Shown piece by piece: positions 50,623 to 59,576 of a DNA stretch of 64,000 nucleotides. Below the pieces are notes generated by a model. That model was not told the origin of the DNA and did no database searches. It saw nothing but the letters and a program-made list of their open reading frames with translations. Source of the stretch: Candidatus Omnitrophota bacterium (lineage in GTDB: Bacteria; Omnitrophota; Gorgyraeia; Gorgyraeales; Gorgyraeaceae); assembly GCA_026387235.1 (NCBI GenBank), contig JAPLMD010000069.1:26920-90919 (forward strand). Direction: 5' to 3'. The position numbers were made by a program, and so were the translations under genes. Every line of letters begins with the position of its first letter. Positions within the stretch are counted from its first letter, which is position 1.

Positions 50623-53254
50623 AAAGGTTTACAGGGCAATATCTTTCTTAAGTATTGCAGCGTTTATTGTTACTAATACTTGTTATGCATTTTCAGGTTC
50701 AGGCGCATTAAGGCCGGCTATGGTAATGGGAAAATTGATACAACCATCTGCCGTTAAATTCCAGCCGCTCGGGATGCTTACCGATGATGGCAGATTGAAT
50801 ATGCGCAGGCTTGAAAAATTGCTTGGTGCCACTGCGACTGAAATAATAAGAAAAGACGCGGGCAATAAAGACATAACAGTAAATTGTATTTTTATAGGCA
50901 GTGCCAGGTATCTTTCTGACAACGAAGGCTTTGTTCCGTTGGGAAGGATAGGAGATATAGATTATGCATTAGTGGCTACTAAACTAGAAGATGCAGCATA
51001 TGACTATTCTAAACTGTGGTATAAGACATTGATGGAAGTAATAAAACTGTTATCGCCAAGTGAAGATAAAAGATATGAAGTATTACATCGGGCATTATCT
51101 GGTGCAAAACCAATTGTACTATTTCAAGATGAATTTGATTTTACCAAAGGCATGTCGGAAGTTTTAAAAAGAATTACAGGTGAAACCGAAGAACTGTCGC
51201 TAACACCAGACAATGCTGAAAAAATAGCAAAACGATATATTCAATTGGCATATTATTTAGGCTCTTCAAAATTACATGAAAGGCTCATTGGGGATTTTCT
51301 AGCAGTAGACAAGGACGATAAAGATGGTTTAGTCAAATTGGCGCAGAAATTTCGAGAAGATGGTGAGATACAAAGGCTTGTGGATTTTCTTAATTCTTCC
51401 AAGGATGAAATATTATCAGCTGCAATAGAGAATAGATTAAGGGGGATTCCGGGCTATGAATGGCTTAATAGTAGCATAGACCGAACTGGTTATCAGAGAA
51501 GGTTAGAAGAAGCAGGGTTTTCTTTTGCCAGAAAAGAAGCTCAGAAAGAACCTAAGAGGGTAATAGTTTTTGACTTAGACGGCACTGTTCTCGATACTGA
51601 AGAAATCACTTTGGCGGTTTTTATCCGCCATATAACGCGGATAGTAAATGGCATAGATGATATTAATTGGTCTCCTAACCCTAAACAGGTTGAGGAAGCA
51701 CAAAATATCTACAAACAATGTGTGGCTATCTCGACTGTACCGGCAAGAAAAATCTTTGAAACAGCAGAAGGGATTGCTAAAGATAGAGGTTTTTCTGTCA
51801 AATCTGTGAAAGAATATATAGAAGCTTTTGATAGAGATAAAAGAGAGACGATAATTGCGGAAATAAAAAAATCCCCAACCAAGCTTATCTTTCCAGACGC
51901 CTTGATTTTGCTGAATTTTCTTAAAAAATATACGGATGTAGAACTCTATCTTTGTTCCGGGGCAGCGCCTGTCTATACACAAGAGGCTTGTAAGGAGGCA
52001 GGCCTTGTAGCTATATTCGGCAATAATATATTCGGTTCTCGTAGGGATGAATCGCCAGAAATGCCTAAAGATAAAAAGGATTTAATCCGGAGATTGAAAA
52101 CAGAAAAAAATTTATCTAACGCAGAAATAATGCTTATTGATGATTTAAAAGGGTTTATAGTTCGTATAAAAGAAGGAAATGATGCAATAGCTGTTGCAAT
52201 AGATAGAGGAAATACAAAACTACAGGAATTTATAGATTCAGGCGCTGATTTTATTGCAAACAGCCTGGCCAATCCTGAAGGTTTCTGCAAAGTAGTAAAT
52301 ATTCCAATATCCTTACAAGCGAAAAAAGCGGCTATCGTTAGTAATATAAAGGGTATGATTGAAAGAGACAGGTTAGAATATGAAGAAACAGGCCATATAT
52401 CTTTACTTCTTCTTAAAGGAGGAGAGGAAGAAGGGGGTTGCCAGGCTGAACTTAGGTCTGAGACGGTGGAGCGGTTAAAAAAACATTGGTTGCTTGTTTC
52501 TTGTCCGATTAGAAAAATTGGTGAAGCAGGAGCTTTAGTCAAATGGGGTATGTCTGGACTGCAATATCCTTTAAAAATTATGGAAACAAAGCCTTTAATA
52601 TTTACCAAAGAGTTTATAGATATTGCAAGAGGAATGATTATGAATAGAGATTTTACAGGGCTTAAAGCATGGATAGCGGAAGCAGAAGGTTTAGATCCTA
52701 CCGACGTAGGCCATAAAGCCCTGTCCCGCGCTTTGGACTACTTAAGCAAAGAAGTACAGCAGATGTTGCTTTATAGAATAAGCAGCAGAGATGCGGCAAT
52801 GCTGGAATTTGTTAGGGGTGAAAATGGCGAAGAATTGCCGCTAGTCCAAGCAGAACAAAAAGCCCGGAATTTATTAAATGGAAGGGACCCTTATAAAGTT
52901 GATGAACAGGACTTTTTTAAAGCAATTGTGGTAGGGGCTACGAATCCGCTTCATGCGCATCCTGGCAGTTTAAGGTATAGCGTGGGTGAACGCTACAAGG
53001 AAGGTGGTAGTTTAAGGCCAGCTATTGAAAGGTCCAGAGCCGAATTTGGCATAGAAGATATTGAGCTTCTAACCAGTATTATGAACGCTTTTCATTCTCC
53101 CAGCAGTAATGAAATGCCTGATGAGTTAAACCAAATGACAACCCAGGAGCTGGAAATTTTAGAGAGGGGAACAGCTCTATTGCAAGAACAAAGGATTTTA
53201 GGTGTTTTTGGGCCTTTAGAGACGGTTTCAGAAGAAGCAAGATTTGGAATGTAG
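50612..53254 (+). CDS. Secreted multidomain protein: signal peptide, Pol-beta-type nucleotidyltransferase-like, HAD hydrolase, NDK-like
   Basis: Family signal peptide from ATG 50612; FIGS..GDID; FDLDGT; GATNPLHAHPGSLR..NAFHSPSS. Confidence 0.75.
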   Translation: MQSKKVYRAISFLSIAAFIVTNTCYAFSGSGALRPAMVMGKLIQPSAVKFQPLGMLTDDGRLNMRRLEKLLGATATEIIRKDAGNKDITVNCIFIGSARYLSDNEGFVPLGRIGDIDYALVATKLEDAAYDYSKLWYKTLMEVIKLLSPSEDKRYEVLHRALSGAKPIVLFQDEFDFTKGMSEVLKRITGETEELSLTPDNAEKIAKRYIQLAYYLGSSKLHERLIGDFLAVDKDDKDGLVKLAQKFREDGEIQRLVDFLNSSKDEILSAAIENRLRGIPGYEWLNSSIDRTGYQRRLEEAGFSFARKEAQKEPKRVIVFDLDGTVLDTEEITLAVFIRHITRIVNGIDDINWSPNPKQVEEAQNIYKQCVAISTVPARKIFETAEGIAKDRGFSVKSVKEYIEAFDRDKRETIIAEIKKSPTKLIFPDALILLNFLKKYTDVELYLCSGAAPVYTQEACKEAGLVAIFGNNIFGSRRDESPEMPKDKKDLIRRLKTEKNLSNAEIMLIDDLKGFIVRIKEGNDAIAVAIDRGNTKLQEFIDSGADFIANSLANPEGFCKVVNIPISLQAKKAAIVSNIKGMIERDRLEYEETGHISLLLLKGGEEEGGCQAELRSETVERLKKHWLLVSCPIRKIGEAGALVKWGMSGLQYPLKIMETKPLIFTKEFIDIARGMIMNRDFTGLKAWIAEAEGLDPTDVGHKALSRALDYLSKEVQQMLLYRISSRDAAMLEFVRGENGEELPLVQAEQKARNLLNGRDPYKVDEQDFFKAIVVGATNPLHAHPGSLRYSVGERYKEGGSLRPAIERSRAEFGIEDIELLTSIMNAFHSPSSNEMPDELNQMTTQELEILERGTALLQEQRILGVFGPLETVSEEARFGM

Positions 53255-53288
53255 CGCAAGTAACCCAGAAACAATGATGGGCTTAGTA

Positions 53289-53340
53289 TCAAGAAAATTC
53301 TAGAATTTTCTTGACACGCTTCCATAGGATGTAGTATATT
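53289..53340 (+). promoter_or_regulatory. rimP operon promoter overlapped by a perfect 26-bp palindrome
   Basis: tcaagaaaattctagaattttcttga (53289-53314); TTGACA 53311-53316, TATATT 53335-53340. Confidence 0.65.
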
Positions 53341-53374
53341 ATATCTACTCTTATGAAAGGGGGTAGGTTAGTTG

Positions 53375-53402
53375 AAGTGGGTGCAGTATGCCCGCTTTTT
53401 TT
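53375..53402 (+). terminator. rimP-leader-type hairpin/attenuator
   Basis: aagtggg...cccgctt plus T-run just before rimP, as commonly seen upstream of rimP-nusA. Confidence 0.65.
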
Positions 53403-53407
53403 GTTTT

Positions 53408-53857
53408 ATGGTAGATAAAATCAAGGAAATAATAGAGCCGATTTTACAAGGAGAGCAGGTTGAGCTCGTAGAGATTATTTTCAGGAAAGAAGCTGGGAGA
53501 CAGGTTTTACGGCTGTTGGTTGATAAAGATGACGGGATTCAACTTTCAGATTGCATAGAACTAAACGAGAAAATATCTTGGGTTTTAGATGCGGCAGATA
53601 TTATACAAGAAAGTTATGTTATTGAAGTGGATTCACCTGGGATTGACAGGCCGTTTAAAACAAAAAGGGATTATGAGAGGGCTATGGGGAGGTTAGTAAG
53701 GGTAACATTAAACGAAAAGATATTGGACAAAAAGGAATATATTGCTAGATTAGGAGAAGTATCTGACGCAGGCGTTAAGATAGACGTGAAGAAAAAAGGT
53801 ATTATAGAGATACCTTTTGAGAAAATCGTGCGGGCAAGAGAAGAAGTTGAATTATAA
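53408..53857 (+). CDS. rimP: Ribosome maturation factor RimP
   Basis: LRLLVDK, DC, YVIEVDSPGIDRP; precedes nusA. Confidence 0.92.
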   Translation: MVDKIKEIIEPILQGEQVELVEIIFRKEAGRQVLRLLVDKDDGIQLSDCIELNEKISWVLDAADIIQESYVIEVDSPGIDRPFKTKRDYERAMGRLVRVTLNEKILDKKEYIARLGEVSDAGVKIDVKKKGIIEIPFEKIVRAREEVEL

Positions 53858-53872
53858 TAACGGGGGAAAGAA

Positions 53873-55132
53873 ATGAATCAGGAATTATTGGCAATATTGG
53901 ATAGTATCGAACGGGATAAAGGGATTAAGAAAGAGATTCTTGTAAAGGCAATAGAATCAGCTCTTGTAAGCGCTGCCAGGAAGAACCTTGGCAAGCACGT
54001 CGAAGATATAAAGGTTGAATTTGATTCTACAACGGGAGATTTTAAGGTTTTTGCGGCAGGCGGGAAAGAAGTTTCCGGAGATTTTGGCAGGATCTCCGCG
54101 CAGACAGCCAAGCAGGTTATAATACAGAAGATACGCGAAGCTGAGAGGGATGTGCTGTTTGAAGAATATAAGAAAAAGGTAAATGATATATGTTCAGGCA
54201 GTGTTCATAGATTTGATAAAGGGATGATAATCATCGACCTTGGCAAAGTGGAAGGGATCTTGCCAAAAAGAGAACTTCCTTCTAACGAAGAATACAGACA
54301 GGGCGATAGGATTAAGGCATTAGTTGTAGATGTTAAAAAGTCTTCGAAAGGGCCTGAGATATTGCTTTCCAGGACAAGCCCGGGTTTTGTAAAGAGGCTT
54401 TTTGAATTAGAGGTGCCCGAGATATATGAAAGTATCGTAGAGATAAAAGTCGTATCAAGAGAAGCGGGAGACCGTTCAAAGATAGCCGTGTATTCTAAAG
54501 ATGATAAGGTTGATCCTGTAGGCGCTTGTGTAGGTATGAGAGGGCAGAGAGTTAAAAATATTGTAAGAGAATTAAACGGGGAAAAAATAGATATTGTGCG
54601 CTGGAGTGTCAATATAGGCGAATTTATATCAGCCAGCCTGAGCCCTGCTGAGATTTCCAGCGTAAAAACAAGCGAAAGCGAGAGAAGGGCAGAGGTCATA
54701 GTCGCGGATGACCAGCTTTCTCTTGCGATAGGCAAAAAGGGCCAGAATGTAAGGCTTGCTGCAAAACTTACAGGATGGAATATAGACATAAGAAGCAAAT
54801 CAGAGATAGAGGAAGTAAAAGAAATCCCGATAATAGGGGTTGATGGGATTGGGCCTAAGACTGAAAAAGAGCTTAAAAAAGCAGGGTATGATACGGTTGG
54901 GAAAATTATGAAACTGGACCTGAAAGAATTGACTGCTGTTAAGGGCATCGGCAAGAAAACAGCTGAAAAGATTCTTAAATCAGCCAAAGAGCTCATGGAA
55001 CAAAAGGTGCACGAGGTAAGGGATAAGAAGAATAAAGAAAATAGAGAAGCCAAGGCTGAGAAAGAGCGAGAGGCAGCTGCGGAAGAAGATAAAAAAGGAA
55101 AAGAGAAAGAACATGCAAAGGATGGAGAATGA
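53873..55132 (+). CDS. nusA: Transcription factor NusA with C-terminal HhH domain and charged tail
   Basis: FGRISAQTAKQVI, DPVGACVG, LSLAIGKKGQN, GIGPKT/GIGKKT. Confidence 0.97.
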   Translation: MNQELLAILDSIERDKGIKKEILVKAIESALVSAARKNLGKHVEDIKVEFDSTTGDFKVFAAGGKEVSGDFGRISAQTAKQVIIQKIREAERDVLFEEYKKKVNDICSGSVHRFDKGMIIIDLGKVEGILPKRELPSNEEYRQGDRIKALVVDVKKSSKGPEILLSRTSPGFVKRLFELEVPEIYESIVEIKVVSREAGDRSKIAVYSKDDKVDPVGACVGMRGQRVKNIVRELNGEKIDIVRWSVNIGEFISASLSPAEISSVKTSESERRAEVIVADDQLSLAIGKKGQNVRLAAKLTGWNIDIRSKSEIEEVKEIPIIGVDGIGPKTEKELKKAGYDTVGKIMKLDLKELTAVKGIGKKTAEKILKSAKELMEQKVHEVRDKKNKENREAKAEKEREAAAEEDKKGKEKEHAKDGE

Positions 55133-57222
55133 GCATACGCGTTCATCAGTTAGCAAAGGAACTAGGGGTTACAAGCAAAGAGCTTATAGATAAGCTTCAT
55201 AGCCTTAAGATAGACGTTAAAAGCCACATGAGCGCTCTTGATGACGATACAGCGTTCCTTGTAAAAGAAGAATTAAAACCTAAGAAAGAAAAAACAAAAG
55301 CGAAAGAAAAGGTACCTGCGCGCCAGAGCACTGGAACGCCGATAAAAGAAAAGGCGCCAAAAAAGATAAAAGAGCCTGAAAAGACAAAAGAACCTGAGGC
55401 AAAGGTTGAAGAAAAAAAACCAGAGGAAATAAAAGAAGAGCCGAAGCCTGCGCCGGAGCTTAAAGTTTTAAAAATAGATTTTCCGATAGTTATCAAAGAC
55501 ATTGCCATAAAATTGGGCGTAAGACCGGCAGAACTCCTGAAAAAACTTCTGGATAGAAAAGTGCTTGTTACCATAAACCAGGCGCTTGACGAGGAAGCTG
55601 CGCGTTCGATCTGCAAAGATTTCGGATATACGATTGAAAAACTCCCTAGTTTCGAGGAAACTTTTTTAGCGGAGCTTGATAAAACAGCAGATCCTAAAAA
55701 ACTTAAACCAAGGGCGCCTGTTGTTACATTTATGGGTCATGTTGACCACGGAAAAACGTCCCTTCTTGACGCCATTAGAAAAACAAAAGTTGTCGATAAA
55801 GAAGCAGGCGGGATTACTCAGCATATAGGCGCATACGAGGTAATGCTGCCTAAAGGCAGCGTAACGTTTCTGGATACGCCCGGCCACGCCGCGTTTACCG
55901 CAATGCGCGCAAGAGGCGCAAATGCTACTGATATAGTTGTCCTTGTAGTTGCCGCTGATGACGGCATAATGCCGCAAACTATAGAGGCCATAAACCATGC
56001 TCGCGCCGCAGGCGTTACGATAGTAGTGGCGATAAATAAAATTGACAAACAGAACATAAATTTAGACAAGGTTAAAAAACAATTAGCGGAGCAAGACCTT
56101 ACTCCCGAAGAATGGGGAGGAAAGACTATTACGGTAGGTGTTTCCGCAAAAACAGGCCAGGGCATCGATGTCTTATTGGAGATGCTGCTTCTTGAAGCGG
56201 AATTATTGGAATTAAAAGCAAACCCAGAACAATCTGCCGTAGGGGTAGTAATAGAAGCAGAGCTTTCCAAAGGAAAGGGACCTATCGCTACTGTGCTTGT
56301 GTCAAACGGCACTTTAAAAATAGGCGATACAGTTATGGTAGGCCTTAATTACGGCAGGATAAAGGCAATGCTGGATGATAAAGGCCGCAGGGTTATATCA
56401 GCAGGGCCGGTAAAGCCCGTAGAAATACTTGGGCTTTCCGGAGTTCCGCTTGCAGGAGAAAGATTTTATGTAATAGCCGATGAAAAAAAAGCTAGGGATA
56501 TAGTATCTGCCAGGCAGATGGAAGCAGAAAAGAAAAAACTTGCCGGAAAAACCTCCAGGGTTACTCTCGAAGAGCTTTATAATAAGATAAAGGCCGGAGA
56601 GGTAAAGGAATTAAAGACAGTTATAAAAGCTGATGTGCAAGGGTCTCTGGAAGCGATAAAGGATTCTCTTAAAAAATTAAGCACAGAGGAAGTAAAACTT
56701 TCTGTAATGCATAGCCATGTAGGGGATATCAATGAATCTGATATAATGCTGGCTTCTGCTTCAAATGCCATAGTTATAGGGTTTCATGTCAATGCAACGA
56801 GCGAGGCAAGCGCCTTGGCTAAACAGGAAGAGGTAGAGATAAGGATTTACAGCATAATTTACGAAATAGTTAATGAGATACAGGCTGCCATGGAAGGCAT
56901 GCTGGAGCCTGTTATAGAAGAGGTTTTCCTGGGCAGGGCAGAAGTGAGGCAGGTTTTTAATGTCTCAAAGACAGGCGTAGTGGCAGGCTGTTTTATTTCA
57001 AAAGGCAGGATTCCGCGGGATGCGGTATGTAAACTTATAAGAGAAAAAGAAATTGTTTTTAAAGGCAAGATGGGTTCGCTAAAGCACTTTAAAGATGATT
57101 TGAAAGAGGCAAAAGAAGGGTTTGAGTGCGGGATAAACCTGGGATTTAAAGACATACAAAAAGGCGATTTGATAGAGGCGGTTGAAATTAGAAAAGTGGC
57201 AAGGAGATTAAACAAGCAATGA
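55129..57222 (+). CDS. infB: Translation initiation factor IF-2
   Basis: RVHQLAKELG, GHVDHGKT, DTPGH, NKID, KADVQGS. Confidence 0.97.
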   Translation: MSIRVHQLAKELGVTSKELIDKLHSLKIDVKSHMSALDDDTAFLVKEELKPKKEKTKAKEKVPARQSTGTPIKEKAPKKIKEPEKTKEPEAKVEEKKPEEIKEEPKPAPELKVLKIDFPIVIKDIAIKLGVRPAELLKKLLDRKVLVTINQALDEEAARSICKDFGYTIEKLPSFEETFLAELDKTADPKKLKPRAPVVTFMGHVDHGKTSLLDAIRKTKVVDKEAGGITQHIGAYEVMLPKGSVTFLDTPGHAAFTAMRARGANATDIVVLVVAADDGIMPQTIEAINHARAAGVTIVVAINKIDKQNINLDKVKKQLAEQDLTPEEWGGKTITVGVSAKTGQGIDVLLEMLLLEAELLELKANPEQSAVGVVIEAELSKGKGPIATVLVSNGTLKIGDTVMVGLNYGRIKAMLDDKGRRVISAGPVKPVEILGLSGVPLAGERFYVIADEKKARDIVSARQMEAEKKKLAGKTSRVTLEELYNKIKAGEVKELKTVIKADVQGSLEAIKDSLKKLSTEEVKLSVMHSHVGDINESDIMLASASNAIVIGFHVNATSEASALAKQEEVEIRIYSIIYEIVNEIQAAMEGMLEPVIEEVFLGRAEVRQVFNVSKTGVVAGCFISKGRIPRDAVCKLIREKEIVFKGKMGSLKHFKDDLKEAKEGFECGINLGFKDIQKGDLIEAVEIRKVARRLNKQ

Positions 57223-58199
57223 AAAGCCGTATATTAAGCGGAATGCGGCCGACAGGGCCGTTGCATCTGGGACATTTATTCGGCGCGCTCGATAACTGGG
57301 TAAAGCTCCAGGATAAATATGATTGTTTCTTCATGGTTGCGGACTGGCACGCAATGATGAGCGAGTACGAAGATCCGTCAAGGCTTTCCGGATTTGCTAA
57401 AGAGTGCGTCGCAGACTGGATAGCGTGCGGCATAGACCCTGAAAAAAGCACTGTATTTGTACAGTCTCACGTAAAAGAACACCTGGAATTATACATGGCG
57501 TTTTCTAATTTTGTTCCTCTCGGATGGCTTGAGAGATGCCCTACGTATAAAGAACAACTCAGAGAGATTAAAACAAGGGAGCTTCATACGTATGCCTTTC
57601 TCGGTTATCCTGTTTTGCAGGCAGCGGATATATTGATATATAAGGCAGATACGGTTCCAGTCGGTAAAGATCAGGTCCCGCATATTGAGCTTACGAATGA
57701 TATCGCGGAAAGATTCAACAGCCTGTACGGAGGCATATTTCCTTCGGTAAAGCCGCTTCTTACTAAAATCCCAAAGCTTCTTGGCATAGATGGCAGGAAA
57801 ATGAGCAAATCTTACGATAATTCTATTTCGCTTGGAGACAGCGAAGATGCGATAAAAAAGAAATGCTCTGCGATGTTTACGGACCCAGAGAGGATAAAAT
57901 TATCAGACAAGGGCCGTCCTGAAAAATGCAACGTTTACGCGTACTATAATTTATTTAAAAAAGAATACGCGCCAGAGGTTTATGAATACTGCGCGAAGGC
58001 AAAAACCGGATGCACGGAATGCAAAAAGAATTTAGGCAGCGTTATTTCTGATTATCTGGCTGATATAAGGCATAAAAGAGAAGGGCTTCTAAAAGACGAA
58101 GATAAGATTAATGCTATTCTGGAAAAAGGCGCGGCTAAGGCAGGAAAAGCAGCGTCTGAAACAATGGATGAGGTCAAGAAAGCAATAGGGTTGATTTAA
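57219..58199 (+). CDS. trpS: Tryptophanyl-tRNA synthetase
   Basis: SGMRPTG, HLGH, YPVLQAADIL, KMSKS. Confidence 0.95.
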   Translation: MKSRILSGMRPTGPLHLGHLFGALDNWVKLQDKYDCFFMVADWHAMMSEYEDPSRLSGFAKECVADWIACGIDPEKSTVFVQSHVKEHLELYMAFSNFVPLGWLERCPTYKEQLREIKTRELHTYAFLGYPVLQAADILIYKADTVPVGKDQVPHIELTNDIAERFNSLYGGIFPSVKPLLTKIPKLLGIDGRKMSKSYDNSISLGDSEDAIKKKCSAMFTDPERIKLSDKGRPEKCNVYAYYNLFKKEYAPEVYEYCAKAKTGCTECKKNLGSVISDYLADIRHKREGLLKDEDKINAILEKGAAKAGKAASETMDEVKKAIGLI

Positions 58200-58924
58200 T
58201 GTCATATAAGGTGAAGCTAGACGTATTTGAAGGCCCGCTGGATTTATTGTTATATCTTATAAAGAAGAACGAGATAGATATTTACGATATTCCGATAGCG
58301 ACTATTACGGAACAGTATCTGGAATATCTTGAACTCATGCGGATGCTGGATCTCAATATCGCGGGAGAGTTTCTGGTAATTGCCGCAACCCTGATTCACA
58401 TAAAAAGCAAGATGCTTCTTCCGCCTGACGAGAAGGAGCTTTTTCCTGAGGAGGAAGAGGATCCCAGAGAAGAACTTGTGCGCAGGCTCGTGGAATATAA
58501 AAAATTCAAGGAGGTTGCGGGGATTTTACAAGATTTGGAAGGCCAGAGAAAAAAGATGTTCACTAGGGACATCCCTTTTGAGGTTGAACCCGGAGAGGTT
58601 TTCTTTGAGGCAAGTTTATTTGACCTGATAACAGCCTTTACAAGGGTACTTAAGGATGTTCCAAAAGAGATATTTCAGGAGATCATAAAGGACGAATTTA
58701 CCGTTGAACAAAAGGTGCACGACCTTTTGCATAGGTTAATAGCTGCTCCCGTAATCAGCCTTTTTGAACTTTTTAAGAATTCCAAAAATAAGCCTGAGAT
58801 AATAGCCACGTTTTTGGCAGTGCTGGAGCTTATAAGATTAAAAGAGATAATAGTTATACAGAAGCAGAATTTCAGCGACATAGAAATCGTACGGAACGAA
58901 AAACACAGGTTGAATATAGAATAA
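58199..58924 (+). CDS. scpA: Segregation/condensation protein A
   Basis: FEGPLDLLL, DPREELV, FLAVLEL. Confidence 0.95.
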   Translation: MSYKVKLDVFEGPLDLLLYLIKKNEIDIYDIPIATITEQYLEYLELMRMLDLNIAGEFLVIAATLIHIKSKMLLPPDEKELFPEEEEDPREELVRRLVEYKKFKEVAGILQDLEGQRKKMFTRDIPFEVEPGEVFFEASLFDLITAFTRVLKDVPKEIFQEIIKDEFTVEQKVHDLLHRLIAAPVISLFELFKNSKNKPEIIATFLAVLELIRLKEIIVIQKQNFSDIEIVRNEKHRLNIE

Positions 58925-58952
58925 TTATAAAGGCAAGGGCCGGATCAAAACC

Positions 58953-59576
58953 ATGGATAAGGCGCAGATAAAAAATATAATAGAAGCAATGCTTTTCGTA
59001 AGCGACAAGCCTTTATTCTTGAGCGAGATAAAAAGTGTCCTTGAAGGGTCTAATGTAAATGAGATAAAGGAAGTCATAGCTGAATTGGCAGGCGAGTTTG
59101 AGACGCATGGCCGGGCATTGAGGGTTAAAGAGATCGCCGGAGGTTATCAGATTGTAACTGATCCTGTGCTTGCGCCGTGGCTCAAAAAATTATATAAGAC
59201 AGCAGGTTCTGACAGGCTTTCCGGGCCCAGCCTTGAGACTCTGGCTATAATAGCGTATAAACAGCCTGCTTCTAAGCCTGAGATAGAGGCGATAAGAGGC
59301 GTGAATGTCGACGGTGTATTAAAGACGCTGATTGAAAAAAATCTTGTAAAGATCATGGGTAGAAGAGAGACAGTGGGAAGGCCCATTATTTACGGCACCA
59401 CCCAGGAATTTCTGCAGTATTTCGGGCTGAATTCGCTCGAAGAACTTCCGAGATTAGAAGAGTTTAATTTTACAGAAAAAGATATTGAACTGCCTGAGCA
59501 TCTTCAGAAAGAAGAAGAGGAGTTGAAACAGCAAGAAGGAGGAAAACTAGATGTCCAAGCTAGTGGGACCGCGTAA
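58953..59576 (+). CDS. scpB: Segregation/condensation protein B
   Basis: IEAMLF, LETLAIIAYKQP, IRGV, GRPIIYGTT. Confidence 0.95.
   Translation: MDKAQIKNIIEAMLFVSDKPLFLSEIKSVLEGSNVNEIKEVIAELAGEFETHGRALRVKEIAGGYQIVTDPVLAPWLKKLYKTAGSDRLSGPSLETLAIIAYKQPASKPEIEAIRGVNVDGVLKTLIEKNLVKIMGRRETVGRPIIYGTTQEFLQYFGLNSLEELPRLEEFNFTEKDIELPEHLQKEEEELKQQEGGKLDVQASGTA

Noticed and set aside
27182-53400. Prophage, ICE or transposon explanation for the array
   Set aside because: No integrase, transposase, phage or conjugation genes, and no flanking direct repeats other than the proS relic.
54205-55146. 313-aa minus-strand ORF (and similar ones at 22035-22832 and 51973-52608)
   Set aside because: Antisense shadows of well-supported + strand genes with Ser/Phe/Ile-rich composition and no motifs.
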